A stretch of 64,000 nt of DNA from Bugula neritina (lineage: Eukaryota; Animalia; Bryozoa): contig OZ037772.1 of NCBI GenBank assembly GCA_964035545.1, positions 4,344,233 to 4,408,232 on the forward strand, read 5' to 3'. Shown piece after piece: positions 53,412 through 64,000 of this stretch. Within the stretch, counting starts at the first letter, position 1; each line of letters begins with the position of its first letter. The notes below the pieces were generated by a model. That model was not told where the DNA came from and made no database searches. It worked only from the letters and a program-made list of their open reading frames with translations. The translations under genes and the position numbers were made by a program.

Positions 53412-54258
53412 CGCCTCCCACTGCCGCGGGGGCAACTTCGTAGGAAGTGCCCACCACTACCACAGCCCCAGCATACGGGGCCGCGCCTGTCGTCGACAGC
53501 TACCGACGACCTCTTGGGTCTCTCGGCTGTCGCCTGCTGGCGCAGTTGCCTGATCTCGGCTAGCAGTTCTCGAATCAAGCTCGTGGTTAAGCTAGATTCG
53601 TCTGCTGCTGCCGCTGCGACCTGTACAGCTGTCTTCGCTGGCGACGTCGACACGTCGTCTGCCCCGACCTGCTGTACTGTCGCACCAGGTCGACTTGCAC
53701 TGTCGGCTTGAAAATAGGCATTCCCAAGCTTTAGAGCTCTCGCCATAGTCTCAACTTCGGCCACCAGCAGATGCTGTTTCAGACCGAGGTTGTTAATAGA
53801 CTGGAGGAATGCATCCAGTGCTAGGCTCTGTCGACTGTCGGCAGGCAAGTCGCTGTAGGCAACTTGTGCCAGTCGTTCGACTACGGTAGCGTGCTCTCGC
53901 AGATTGGTCTTAGGATTTCTTTTAAGACTCTGCAGTTGCACGCGAGCATCTCGAGCGGTTAATCCAAACCTAGCTCGTAGTGCTTCAAATATGTCACCGA
54001 CATTCTGGCTTATAATCCCATAGGGTTTAGCCGGCCCTGTCAGACACAACCGCAGCTGGATCAGAGTAACCCTGTTCGGCCATCCGCAGATGTCCGCCAC
54101 ATCACTAAACTCAGTGATGAATTGCTCCACATCTTCTTCCCCTGAGAAGATGGGAGCCGCAAGTGGTACCTGTCCATAGGCAGCGCTGGGCCGCCTATGT
54201 GATCCTCCTTTATTGCTGCTGGCTCCTGTCGGGGCGCGTCGACGACTTCGTCGGCCAT
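53387..54258 (-). pseudogene. gag: Gypsy Gag with a 1-bp deletion near 54158
   Basis: MADEVV...DRYHL/APIFSGEEDVEQFI aligns to element 1 DRYRLKAPTFTGEEAVEQFI only with a frameshift; CCHC knuckle CWGCGSGGHFLRSC. Confidence 0.85.
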
Positions 54259-54294
54259 TTTACTCCCTGGCTAGGGGCATTTGTACTAAGTGGA

Positions 54295-54312
54295 ATCCCA
54301 CCGCTGCCACCA
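54295..54312 (-). promoter_or_regulatory. Primer-binding site, tRNA-Leu
   Basis: The plus strand reads ATCCCACCGCTGCCACCA, as I recall the 3' end of eukaryotic tRNA-Leu including CCA; 1 nt from the LTR. Confidence 0.85.
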
Positions 54313-56471
54313 GTGTAGTGAATTTTGCCAGTTCACTATCATTATGTGTGGGTTAACTTAGACAAAGCCACTGCACCAGGTTGTTTACGATAAGATACAC
54401 TTTAATATTTACACAAATATAAGAAGGTTATTTACAGCTAGCATGAATAGAAAACTGTTACATAATTAGTGAGCTTTAATACACAACTACTCTAAATGAA
54501 GTCCCAAGCTGCTCTGCCGGCTAGCTACTCAGCGCACTGCAACTACGAGTAGCTAGCTCCACCTGCTATTAATTAGTGTGACTGTCCTGATTGGTGGTCA
54601 CTAATGGTACCACTGCTGTCCATAGTTACACTCCGACAGTGTCGAACTCACAAGATAATAAACAATATAGAGTAAACCTTTTCGATTATTATAATAAGAA
54701 TTGCACTACTAAAATCTATCACAATATGTAGTATATAATTTGTAGAGGAAGTTACTTGTTAAATTTTTTCGAACTCAAACCCCAAAACTCTTCACCCTAA
54801 GCCCCCAGCCCTTGAACACCCACCCCAAACTCCAGAACCCCAAGTACAAACCCAAAATCCTCACCTCAAAACCTTTTTTCAAACTCTAAACCCCCCCAAA
54901 TTGAAAACACATGCCAATTTTTTTCTACTTTTCCATTTGTGCCATTATTACCTGTACCATTTCTACTGTACACTAACCCACAATACATCAACTGGAGAAA
55001 ACTTCCTATCACCCTCCATGGCTGAATTGTGAACCAACTCAATAAAATCCTCCTGCAATTCCTCTGAAAACTTGTTAACAAACTGTTGCAATGGGTCACA
55101 TGTCAAGTTGAGAATCTAGCTCTTTCTTTGTCGGAGGTAGCGCAGAGAAATGCTGTTAAAAGTCGGTTTAATGTTCAGTGAAATGCCTAGAAATTTTTTT
55201 TAAAAACGATATGGAACAGTTGGTGTTCGGAAAAATGGCAGATAATAATGACGCAAATGAAAAATTAAGTAAAATTGGCACATTTTCAATATTAACATTG
55301 TAGATTTGAATTGACGGTTAAGCATTCAGGATGAGGAATTCGGGGGTTTAAGTTTGGGAAAATTTAATACCAGTGTGCATTTTTACCTGTGCCATTTTTA
55401 CCTAAAATTGGAACAGGTTCTTCTCCTGTAAAAGTTCATTTAGTGAGGGGAAAAACACCATGTTTTTAATAGACTTTTAAAACATGGCTGCTGCTATGAA
55501 AAGCAATAATATGATGATTGCACTCTTGAATTTTAAGGTTCAGATTATTTAGTGTACCAAATATATTCATTAGGTATGTAGTATACAGTTCATAGAGATT
55601 GATTTGCATGGCTGCTAAAAGTTGGCCTGTTGTTTTTTGCATCTTTTAGACCTCCATTCGAAGTAGCCAAGAGTACAGTCAGGGTATAAGTAAACTGAGA
55701 GTGCAGAATATGGTTGGGTTAAATAAATGAACTAAAATGAAGGTTTATAGATATGCATATATACATGCAACTTGCAAGAGTTCAAAAACCGTCAACAAAG
55801 TGCGTAAGTTTTTCAAAATCCAAATTCCCCCCCCTAAAATGTCCAAATTCCCCCAGGTTGGGAACTACTGATTTATCAGATTCCTGATTGCATGACAAGA
55901 AACAATTTGATTAGCTACTCATTGCTGTTGTACACAGCAATGAAATGTATATTAGTTTGAATGGTTGAAATGAATTTGCTTAGCCATGTTGGAAATATTA
56001 CTGGCACCTGCATGTCAATTCAGTAAATAAATTCTCCCACAGACAAGTCAATTACGCAGTTATACTGCTCCAGTAAAGATTATTTTTAGTAACCAAACTC
56101 AACTTGAACTAAAGCTAATGAGGCATGAAAACAGACTATATTTTCACTAACAAATAAACATTATCATATAGTAAAAAGGCAATGCATGTTTGATACAGTA
56201 AAATACCTCATATATAACTATAATTACTGATAATTAACATAATATAATAATGCATATAATAAGCAGTGCAAGTTCTGTTGAATATATAATAATATACAGA
56301 AGCATAATTACAGTGTAAATGAAAAACACAATATAATATACCTGACACTACCATAAGTGGGTGTATTGATGAATTGTATTGAATATAATTATGTTGATGA
56401 CAAATATTATCCATTTTATCTCTCAGTACCTCACTGGGCTGATTATTGGTAAACTGTAGCTGCAGGTAAGT

Positions 56472-56608
56472 TTAGTATTTTATTGTGTATCTCCTCAGTC
56501 CACCATATCCACATGCTAGAAACACTGTGTCTCTGTTATACACAGCAATGTCATACACCCAACCACTCACACCAAGACTTTCTCCAGGAACTGTAAGCAC
56601 AAGTTGAC
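56472..56608 (-). CDS. Paralog C exon 7 (last propeller blade, stop)
   Basis: ttacag|GT CAA...; GQLVLTVPGESLGVSGWVYDIAVYNRDTVFLACGYGGLRRYTIKY*. Confidence 0.88.
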
Positions 56609-59600
56609 CTGTAAATAATAGCATCATATTGTATCAGTTGGTGTGCACTGAGAGGAACAAAACGACTAATGTTGAAGATGGAACTATAAGTTGGTGTGTA
56701 TTGAGAGGTTCCTTTACAAAACGAAATAGGCAGAATTATAGAAAGTTCTACCAGTGAGTATTGAATAATTCACTGAGCTGCTCTACTGTTTACTTCATAC
56801 TAAATGACAACATGGAGAAACTCAGCATGGAGACTTAGTGCTCAGCTAATATAATTATAAATATTCACAGGAGAGAAGATATATAATGTAAGTATTAAAT
56901 GCATGGAGTAAATATTCAAACAGAGCAGAAAATAGTGTCTCATTATACAACTGTATTGACCTTGAACCACAAACTTAGCTTGTGGCTCTTAGCAAGAACA
57001 CGCCCACACGTCTGCTCCTAATACTACTACTACTTCAGCTACTCCAACATTATCACATATTAAATACTTGACAAGAACCAACCACAGCCACCTGAGTCCC
57101 ACCAGCAAACACTGCTCTACCAGCCATCATCAAATTACAATAGTCTCAGTAATGGCAGTCAAAAAGTATCAAATTATTTATATTTAAATTATCTGATGAC
57201 TAAAACAACAGCAGCACTAGACTGAAGTCAAACTACAACTCATAACTCATGTGTAGCTGGCAGTCTGTACAGTTGTTAGACTGAGCATCTCTAAAATTAC
57301 TGTAAAACACTTGCATAGTATATACTAACTAGACATGCTGATAGGTGGGTTTGAACCCCTTGTGCAGCACCAACTTACTTAGCAGTATGGAGTCCCTATC
57401 CTCTACTCTACCAGGTGAAACCTTGGAAAGGAAGACTGAATAGAGAGTTTACTAAGAGCTCACTGCACACTATAACACAGCGTACACCTTAAACCTATAC
57501 AGTATAATACACAGTTTTACCTGTGCTTACATCCTGCATGTTACTGCAGCTGGAAATAAAGTTATTGTAGGGAGGCAGTATTATTCACTAATATCATTAT
57601 TAGCTACAAGTCATGTGATGAAGCATATAACATCTACTATCAGCATGTTACAGTCTTTATTACATAACTTTTAGCTAAAAATAACATCAGTGACTTGATA
57701 AATACTAACAATATCATCATAATATTATATCTTATGAGTGGAAGTTGTTTACTGTTGGTTATTAAAATATATTATTTACTGCAACATAATTATATATATA
57801 AAATAACTATAAACTTACTATAATTAACACAGTATTTACCTTCAAGTGAGAGGATGAAGAGAGGTCCTCTCCATGTACAGATGTGAATCAGTTCAGATGT
57901 TGGATCAAAGGAAATACCAGTTGGATATGAGATGTGAGAAAACTCCCACATTAGAGTGAGAGTTGTGTTCTCCACTTTATATCTTCTCACTGCACCATCT
58001 ACAGTGAAGTCTCCTATAAGGAGAGTTGAGTCTGGGAGGATGCATACAGAGTGAGGGTACTTCATCTCAGGAAGTGGGAACTTCTGTATTTTATTGTCAA
58101 CTAGGTTACATACTACCAGCTGTTTCTGTTCACTGTCTACAATATAGAGCAGTGAGTCGTGCTGAGCTATTCTATAGTAAGTGGGTACATCTACTAACTG
58201 CTTGTAGAGAGTACGAGACTTCTCAAAGGAGTTCGGATCAAGAAGTGAGACTTCAGCTGTTTTCTCTTCTCCATTACACCAACTGCCAACCATCACCCCT
58301 TCAGGTTGGATTATCTCCCACCACCATGTAGTGTTGGTGTCCTTCATTGAGCTGATAGTATCCAGAGTGTCTCTATTTATTACTTCTACACCTTCCCGTG
58401 TCCAACACATAAGATGTCCATCAGCTGAGATGTTTACTGTCCCACATCCCCCACGTACAGGAAGTCCATCAGACTGGAGAGAAGATGGTGGCTGCAGCAG
58501 CTTCAGTCCCAGACTGTCTTTACTGTCTGCAACAACAAAATAACAATTCTATAACTTAAGAATCTCATCACCTGAGGAGGTGGGGAACAGCTTTTCAAAC
58601 TTAAAATAAAAATATATTTTAAATACAAGCAGTCTGTAGTTACTACAAGTTGCTACAGGATGCACAGGTCTAAGTGAGAATATTTTGTTAATACTAACAG
58701 CAGGTAGTCAGCATAACACAGTTTATAGCAGCTCAGTTATACATCATAAACTCTGAAACACTGCAGAAATGTCTCATAATGTGAGAGTAGAACAAAACTC
58801 AATTCTCTAATAAATAAACTCTATCAACTTTTCTAAAATTTCATCAGAGGCTTCTTTTCGTTCTCCTATTAAAATATTCAGTGAAAAAAATTCAACTAAT
58901 TACAAGCAGAAAGTTATTTGTAGTTAGGGAACTACTATTTAATATACACTCCACCTACATGTTGGTACCAAGATGCTGTCTGGAAGTACACACTTCTCTA
59001 TTACACCAATATCTGTAGCCTTCTCCATCTTCTCACTCATCTCTTTGTAGTCTCTCACAATGCCTGCATCATTGAACTTATCAACTACATGTTGTACTGT
59101 GTCCAGCAGAGACTGTCTGCCCATTGTCTTACTCAAGGCTAGCTCTATTCTATAATTATCCACTATCTGTGTGCAGCTCTTCAAATATCCATATATTTCT
59201 AGCCTCAGGTTTGTAGCTCTCTTTCTAATATTTTCTATCTAATAAATAATAACACAGTGTAACCACATCTGAACCTCACAACCTCTGCACTTGAAATGAA
59301 AGTGACAGATCACCCACTGAGTGGACAATGACTCAGTCACGTGACACTCTATACACAGCAGAGAGCTAGTACATCACGTGACTAGTCTCCTCCTCCTGAC
59401 ACCTGCCAATCACTCACCTAGTTAACCTCTCTGTATGAGTGATTGACAGTAGCAGAAGGATGAGTGAGTCATCTGTATTGACAGGTTCCTCTGCACTGAG
59501 TCACATGTGATAAATGGCTACTGCTACTTGTACACAGAATGATAATGCTTTAATGGCCAGTTAATTCTAGTGGCAAATGAAATTCATTTCTATTTACAAC

Positions 59601-62600
59601 TCAAAGACCAGATGCAAAACCAATTTTTAGACAAACAGAAATACAATAGATGACTTCACCAGGTCAGCATATACCTGAACATCAGCTACAGCGTTTACTC
59701 TGGCAACCATCTTTTTCACTTCATCTTCTATTTTACTCAGTTCTTTCCAGGCATCCTTCGAGATGTCATTCAACTCCGCAACTTTCTCAGACAGAATCTC
59801 TATTCCACCAGTCAGACTTTCTCGTAACTCGCAAGACAAATCACTCAAAGATGCCAAGTCATGGAATGCTACTGTCTCATCTGCGTATGTAAAATCACAC
59901 TATTTATAAAAGCATATTTAGATATAATATTGTACTTATTCTACACCTACTACCTCTAACTATACAGGTTGATGATGTATCACTATACACATACTATGTA
60001 ATTACTAAACTGAGTTGATTATAGCTCAACCTGCTTTATCAGTAATTCACACAAAGGAACATTCTAGAAAGATGTCACAGGGTATCTCATTAATCACTGC
60101 ACTTGGAATGAAATAATTGGAAATTTTAGAGCAGTGGCTCCAACCTTGGGGAATTTTCCCTTCCCAGGAAATTTGGGTTTATTAGAACTTTTTATTTCTA
60201 AAAATTTCACACAGTTTACCAGCTCTTTGAGCTCTTGCTTTGTTTTCCAGGTTACATGTATATGTATAGCTATATATAATGTGTTCATTTTATGTATTTC
60301 ATTTATTTATCCACACTACACTCTATAATCTAAGTTTACTTCTACATCCATGTATCTAATATTCACTCCACTCTAGTTGCTACCCTCCTACTATGAATGG
60401 CGGTTAAAAAGTTTCTTTAAAGTAAAAACTAACGCAGCAAGTTTTTTGCAGCCAGTCTAACTAACCTCCATAAATTTTTTACTGCATACCTAGTAGTTAT
60501 ATTTGCTGTGCTAAAAAAATCTGAACCTAAAATGAATGAGTATAATCATCAGCTCACTGCTTTTAATAGCAGCATCAATGCTTTCAAAGCTAAACTAAAG
60601 TTGTGGCAGACACTCGTCCATGTCAAACACACTGGCCTTTTCCTACACTCAATAAAATATTAGAAAAAAAATCTGTCCTATATTTTCTTTATAAATACAA
60701 AATACAGTGTTTCTCAAAAGGGGGTAACGTAACTTAAAAGAAAACATTTATAAAAAGCGTGAATGGTATAAAAAAGGTGGGACACCACTGAGTTAAAGCT
60801 ATGCCATTATATACCATCTCATCAAGGAAACAGACACTTGAAGGATGAAATATACTAAATATTCAACATAACAGTGAGATTATAAACTCCTGCACTATCC
60901 ACTTCTGTCTCACACAAACTTTGATACTGACAAATACCTCCTGATGTTAGCATGTTAACTTTAATTTTATTCACAAAATTCGGTTTCAATATTCACATCA
61001 ACTCAGTCTGACAAACTTGATTCCTCTTTTACTGTTACATAACTCACTTTAATAATACGATAATAAATAACAGGTTCTTGTAATATTTCTCAGTTGCTTT
61101 CTACAGAAATAGAACAGCAAGTAAATACCTGTCTTATCCTTACAGCCAGTCCTCATATCACATCTCATACAGAATATCTGGTGACACTTGGAACACACTT
61201 CTGTCAGCTGTTCCTGTTTATGATGTTCACATTCAGTTATAGTATATCTTTGGGGAGAAGCTCTGTAGACCTCAATGTCAATAAACTGATGTCTATCTCC
61301 CATCAGCTCTCTGTGATTCTGTGTAATGAAGATCAACAGTTTAGTTGGTTGTATTTTCACCAACAAGTCTGTCATAGTTGACTCACTGCACTGTGAAACT
61401 GTGTGTTTAGTATAAAAAGTCACAGAGACTCAAAATTTCTTTTCAATAGTTTCCCACACACAAATCAGAACTGGTCTAGTAGCTAATCTTAATAAATTAT
61501 ATAAGAAAGACTCACTTCTTGATGCTGCTGACACAATTTCTTTTGAATCTCTACACAGAACACAGCAGCTTCTGTTCCACCTCTACACACATCGCAAGGA
61601 ATGGGTGCAGGTTTGGGTGGAGACTTGTATTCTAGCGGGTCTCCATGCTGAGCTACTGGTAGTGTTGTGGGATCTGTGATGTCATAGTGATTGTTTCTAC
61701 AACATATAGCAATCAGTATGCTACCTGTGTTAGCTGTGTTTAGTATATCTCAAGTAATGAAATACTCCATCCACACACACAGCTATATCCTTCACAAATA
61801 CTCAAATAAATGCTCATCACTCATCAACACACATTCATTATATAGACCACAGGCTATCACAAAAACATACTTGACTATAGTATGTACTTAATATGCTAGA
61901 AAATAGTCATTCATGACAAAGAACACCTACTCACCAAATGGACTCAATTGTAACTTGTATTGTAAAATGACAAGACAAATAACTAGTCAACTACTGAGTG
62001 GAGGTCATATTGTCAATAATTATTCACTACTGTTGCAAGTTTGTGCAATGCAACTAATTACTGAGGTGTGAATTCTGAGGAGTCAATACTACAACATAAC
62101 CTCCTTTTTATTGTGAGAGAGAGAGAGAGGTGGGAGAGTGTTCAGTCAGTCAACATGTATTAGTGGTTTGCCAATCATGGAGCTCAAACCTAGCTCTTTA
62201 CTATTATGTTGAAAAGTATGAAGAACAGTAGTATAATATGAGAACCATACATTGGTAGGCAGTAATCAAAGAGAGAGTCACTGCAAGGCTGTTTCCATAT
62301 TTATAGTGAGATACTAGCTTCTTATCAATCAGTTCCTTCGAGTCACATGCCTAACGCTATTCAGTGTATTCCCCTGCACCTCTCACTGCTAAGGGTGACA
62401 CGAAACTGTCACTTCATCACCCTTGGCAATGTGTCAAGAGCTAGCGCACTGTGAGTGTGTGTCACGTGTGTGTTGCCTATCTCGTGCAGCTAGCATAAGA
62501 AGAGTGAGTCGATAGGCTAAGTTGTAGTTAGTAATCTATTACTAGTAGGATGACACATGCGCATGTTAACTATCTTCAGTGTAGTACTACTATGTATGTG

Positions 62601-63092
62601 CAGCAGGTTGGGTCACAGTCTAAGTCAGAGGGTGGGTTGGCATAATATAGGCCCAAATCCTCAGCACTATTCATGACTCATCATTCCAGACAAATAACAC
62701 TCAATACAACTGACTGATGGTAGAAGAAGTAACCAGCTAAAGGAGACACTCAATTCACAGAGTATATTACACACTAATTGACAGAGTTCACATAGAATAC
62801 ACAGTGTTGTTTGCTTTTCATAGACACAGATCAGATAACTCCTAGATAATAGTGAGGAAATCATATGCAAGCCTTTGACATGGTATATTGTGTTATGTAC
62901 TGTAACTCACCTACAATAAGCACATCTGATATGATCCTTCCTACCGCCAATGTCAATCTTCAAACATCTCATGCAGTACACATGCAGACAGGGCAGAGTT
63001 CTGGGGTCTTCAAGTTTGTTGAAGTACTGCAAGCAGTACCCACAGCGATACGAATTGTTTAGTCTCTTTTTCACAACTCTGGATTCTGCCAT
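56472..63092 (-). CDS. TRIM-like E3 ligase: RING (C3HC4), two B-box-like modules, coiled coil, NHL-like beta-propeller; paralog C, 7 exons, ~620 aa
   Basis: Exons 63092-62911, 61696-61516, 61318-61129, 59880-59675, 59238-58959, 58526-57840, 56608-56472; all GT-AG with matching phases (2,0,1,0,1,1), total 1863 nt, no internal stop seen. RING CGYC..CLHVYCMRC..CAYC; CDVC..FC..LCQQH; CEHH..CSKC..CMRC; propeller PHSVCI..LLIGD and PTGISFD..IHIC. Confidence 0.88.
57840..58526 (-). CDS. Paralog C exon 6 (NHL-like beta-propeller)
   Basis: ttgcag|AC AGT...; GAA G|gtaaat; repeated blade pattern P-x-x-hydrophobic...hhhhD. Confidence 0.88.
58959..59238 (-). CDS. Paralog C exon 5 (coiled coil/linker)
   Basis: tattag|IENIRKR...VPT T|gtaggt; same 280-nt exon in paralog B. 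Confidence 0.85.
59675..59880 (-). CDS. Paralog C exon 4 (coiled coil)
   Basis: acgcag|AT GAG...; CAG|gtatat; same 206-nt exon in paralog B. Confidence 0.85.
61129..61318 (-). CDS. Paralog C exon 3 (B-box2-like)
   Basis: acacag|NHRELMG...CEHHKQEQLTEVCSKCHQIFCMRC...G|gtattt. Confidence 0.85.
61516..61696 (-). CDS. Paralog C exon 2 (linker + B-box1-like)
   Basis: ttgtag|A AAC AAT...; PCDVCRGGTEAAVFCVEIQKKLCQQHQE|gtgagt; not in the supplied ORF track. Confidence 0.8.
62911..63092 (-). CDS. Paralog C exon 1 (RING)
   Basis: AAGATGG start; MAESRVVKK...CAYC; donor AG|gtgagt. Confidence 0.85.
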
Positions 63093-64000
63093 CTTGGTTA
63101 TATGATAAGGAAATCCTGTAAAAGATACACATACTCCTAGCATGATATACTACACTACATCTGTAAAGATTTGTCCTTTACTATCCTGACCAAAGACTGG
63201 CCTATCAGGTTTTATATAAGTCATAACCAGATCATCAATATGTAGAGGAGAAGTGAAACATAATTACCATTGAGTTGAGTAATAATTTTATGAACAAACA
63301 GCACATTTGGGCTCAGCTGCTTATACATAAGCTGAATATTTCATGAGCTCCCAATAATAATGTGTTTCTAACTGAGTATTTTGACACATTACTGGGACAG
63401 AGTCTACACTTGAGCATACAATAGACTTTGTTCCTTCCCAAGGTATACTTTGAACTATTCCATAGCAAGGAGTATTTAGCATGCGTAAGACACTAAATAG
63501 GGGGAACATAGCAGGGTGAGAAAACATAAGTGACTCACTGATTATAATAAACCTACTATAAGTATAACTTGTTAAGATTATCACCATAAATAAACCTAAT
63601 GAGGATGGTAGCGGAGGTGGTATTAAAACTATTTGCCACACTAAATCTAATACTAATTCTAATAGTTATAGCAATGTATAGTAAATGTAATACTTTTATA
63701 CTAATTGCCGACTATCGATAAACTAAGTCTATAAATGTTATACTAACCTGCCAGTTATCAGTGTGTAGCCCTCTTCCGTCAACGCGTGAATGGCTGTGTA
63801 CAATGACGTTATAATGTTACAGCAGAAGGGGCGTGTATTTGTTGAGTCACGTGACATTCAATTACCCGTTATGTTTGGCTTAGAGAACTACAATGACAGT
63901 TGTTATATGAATATAATAATATCATGATCATTGTTTACATCATGATATTATATATTCATAGTTATAACAACTGTCATTGCTTTTACTACAACAAGAGTTA

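Larger units (their letters stand above)
49251..54723 (-). mobile_element. Gypsy/Ty3 LTR retrotransposon 2, internally deleted (gag, partial PR, intact IN core, no RT/RNase H)
   Basis: 410-bp LTRs at 54314-54723 (5') and 49251-49660 (3'), ~10 differences; ATAT TSD (49247-49250, 54724-54727); tRNA-Leu PBS; PPT-like GGTGTGGCGAG; proteins homologous to element 1. Confidence 0.95.

Noticed and set aside
54292-54312. Sequence matching a tRNA-Leu 3' end with CCA
   Set aside because: Only ~20 nt adjacent to an LTR: a primer-binding site, not a tRNA gene.
54750-55405. Repeat with TGTGCCATT motifs and short inverted segments, related to ~33755-33900
   Set aside because: Probably a transposon relic, but ends, TSD and class could not be defined.

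Overview
AT-rich, intron-containing animal (invertebrate-like) genomic DNA with no prokaryotic features. Host genes: (i) an intronless, divergent class-A GPCR (2011-2973, -); (ii) three paralogs of a RING/B-box/coiled-coil/beta-propeller (TRIM-NHL-like) gene. Copy C (56472-63092, -) can be spliced into 7 exons with consistent phases and GT-AG sites, giving about 620 aa. Copy B (15238-18459, -) is a pseudogene with a premature stop, a BEL/Pao insertion and a microhomology-bounded deletion of its RING/B-box exons. Only the last exon of copy A (221-354, +) falls in the window. B and C differ about 3x more in the propeller exon than in the coiled-coil exons, in short clustered patches, which suggests a diversifying recognition family. 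The ~40 kb between B and C is a nested TE landscape. It holds a young gag-intact/pol-decayed BEL/Pao element and two related tRNA-Leu-primed Gypsy elements that lack RT/RNase H and share ATAT target sites and a GTTAAAC+hairpin -1 frameshift signal; one of these carries an extra zinc-finger/coiled-coil ORF. There is also a decayed RT-containing Gypsy, an RTE LINE fragment nested in a long-TIR element, and several non-autonomous DNA transposons (CACTA-like, Kolobok-like, Sola-like, TA-targeting MITEs). All counts are by-eye estimates.
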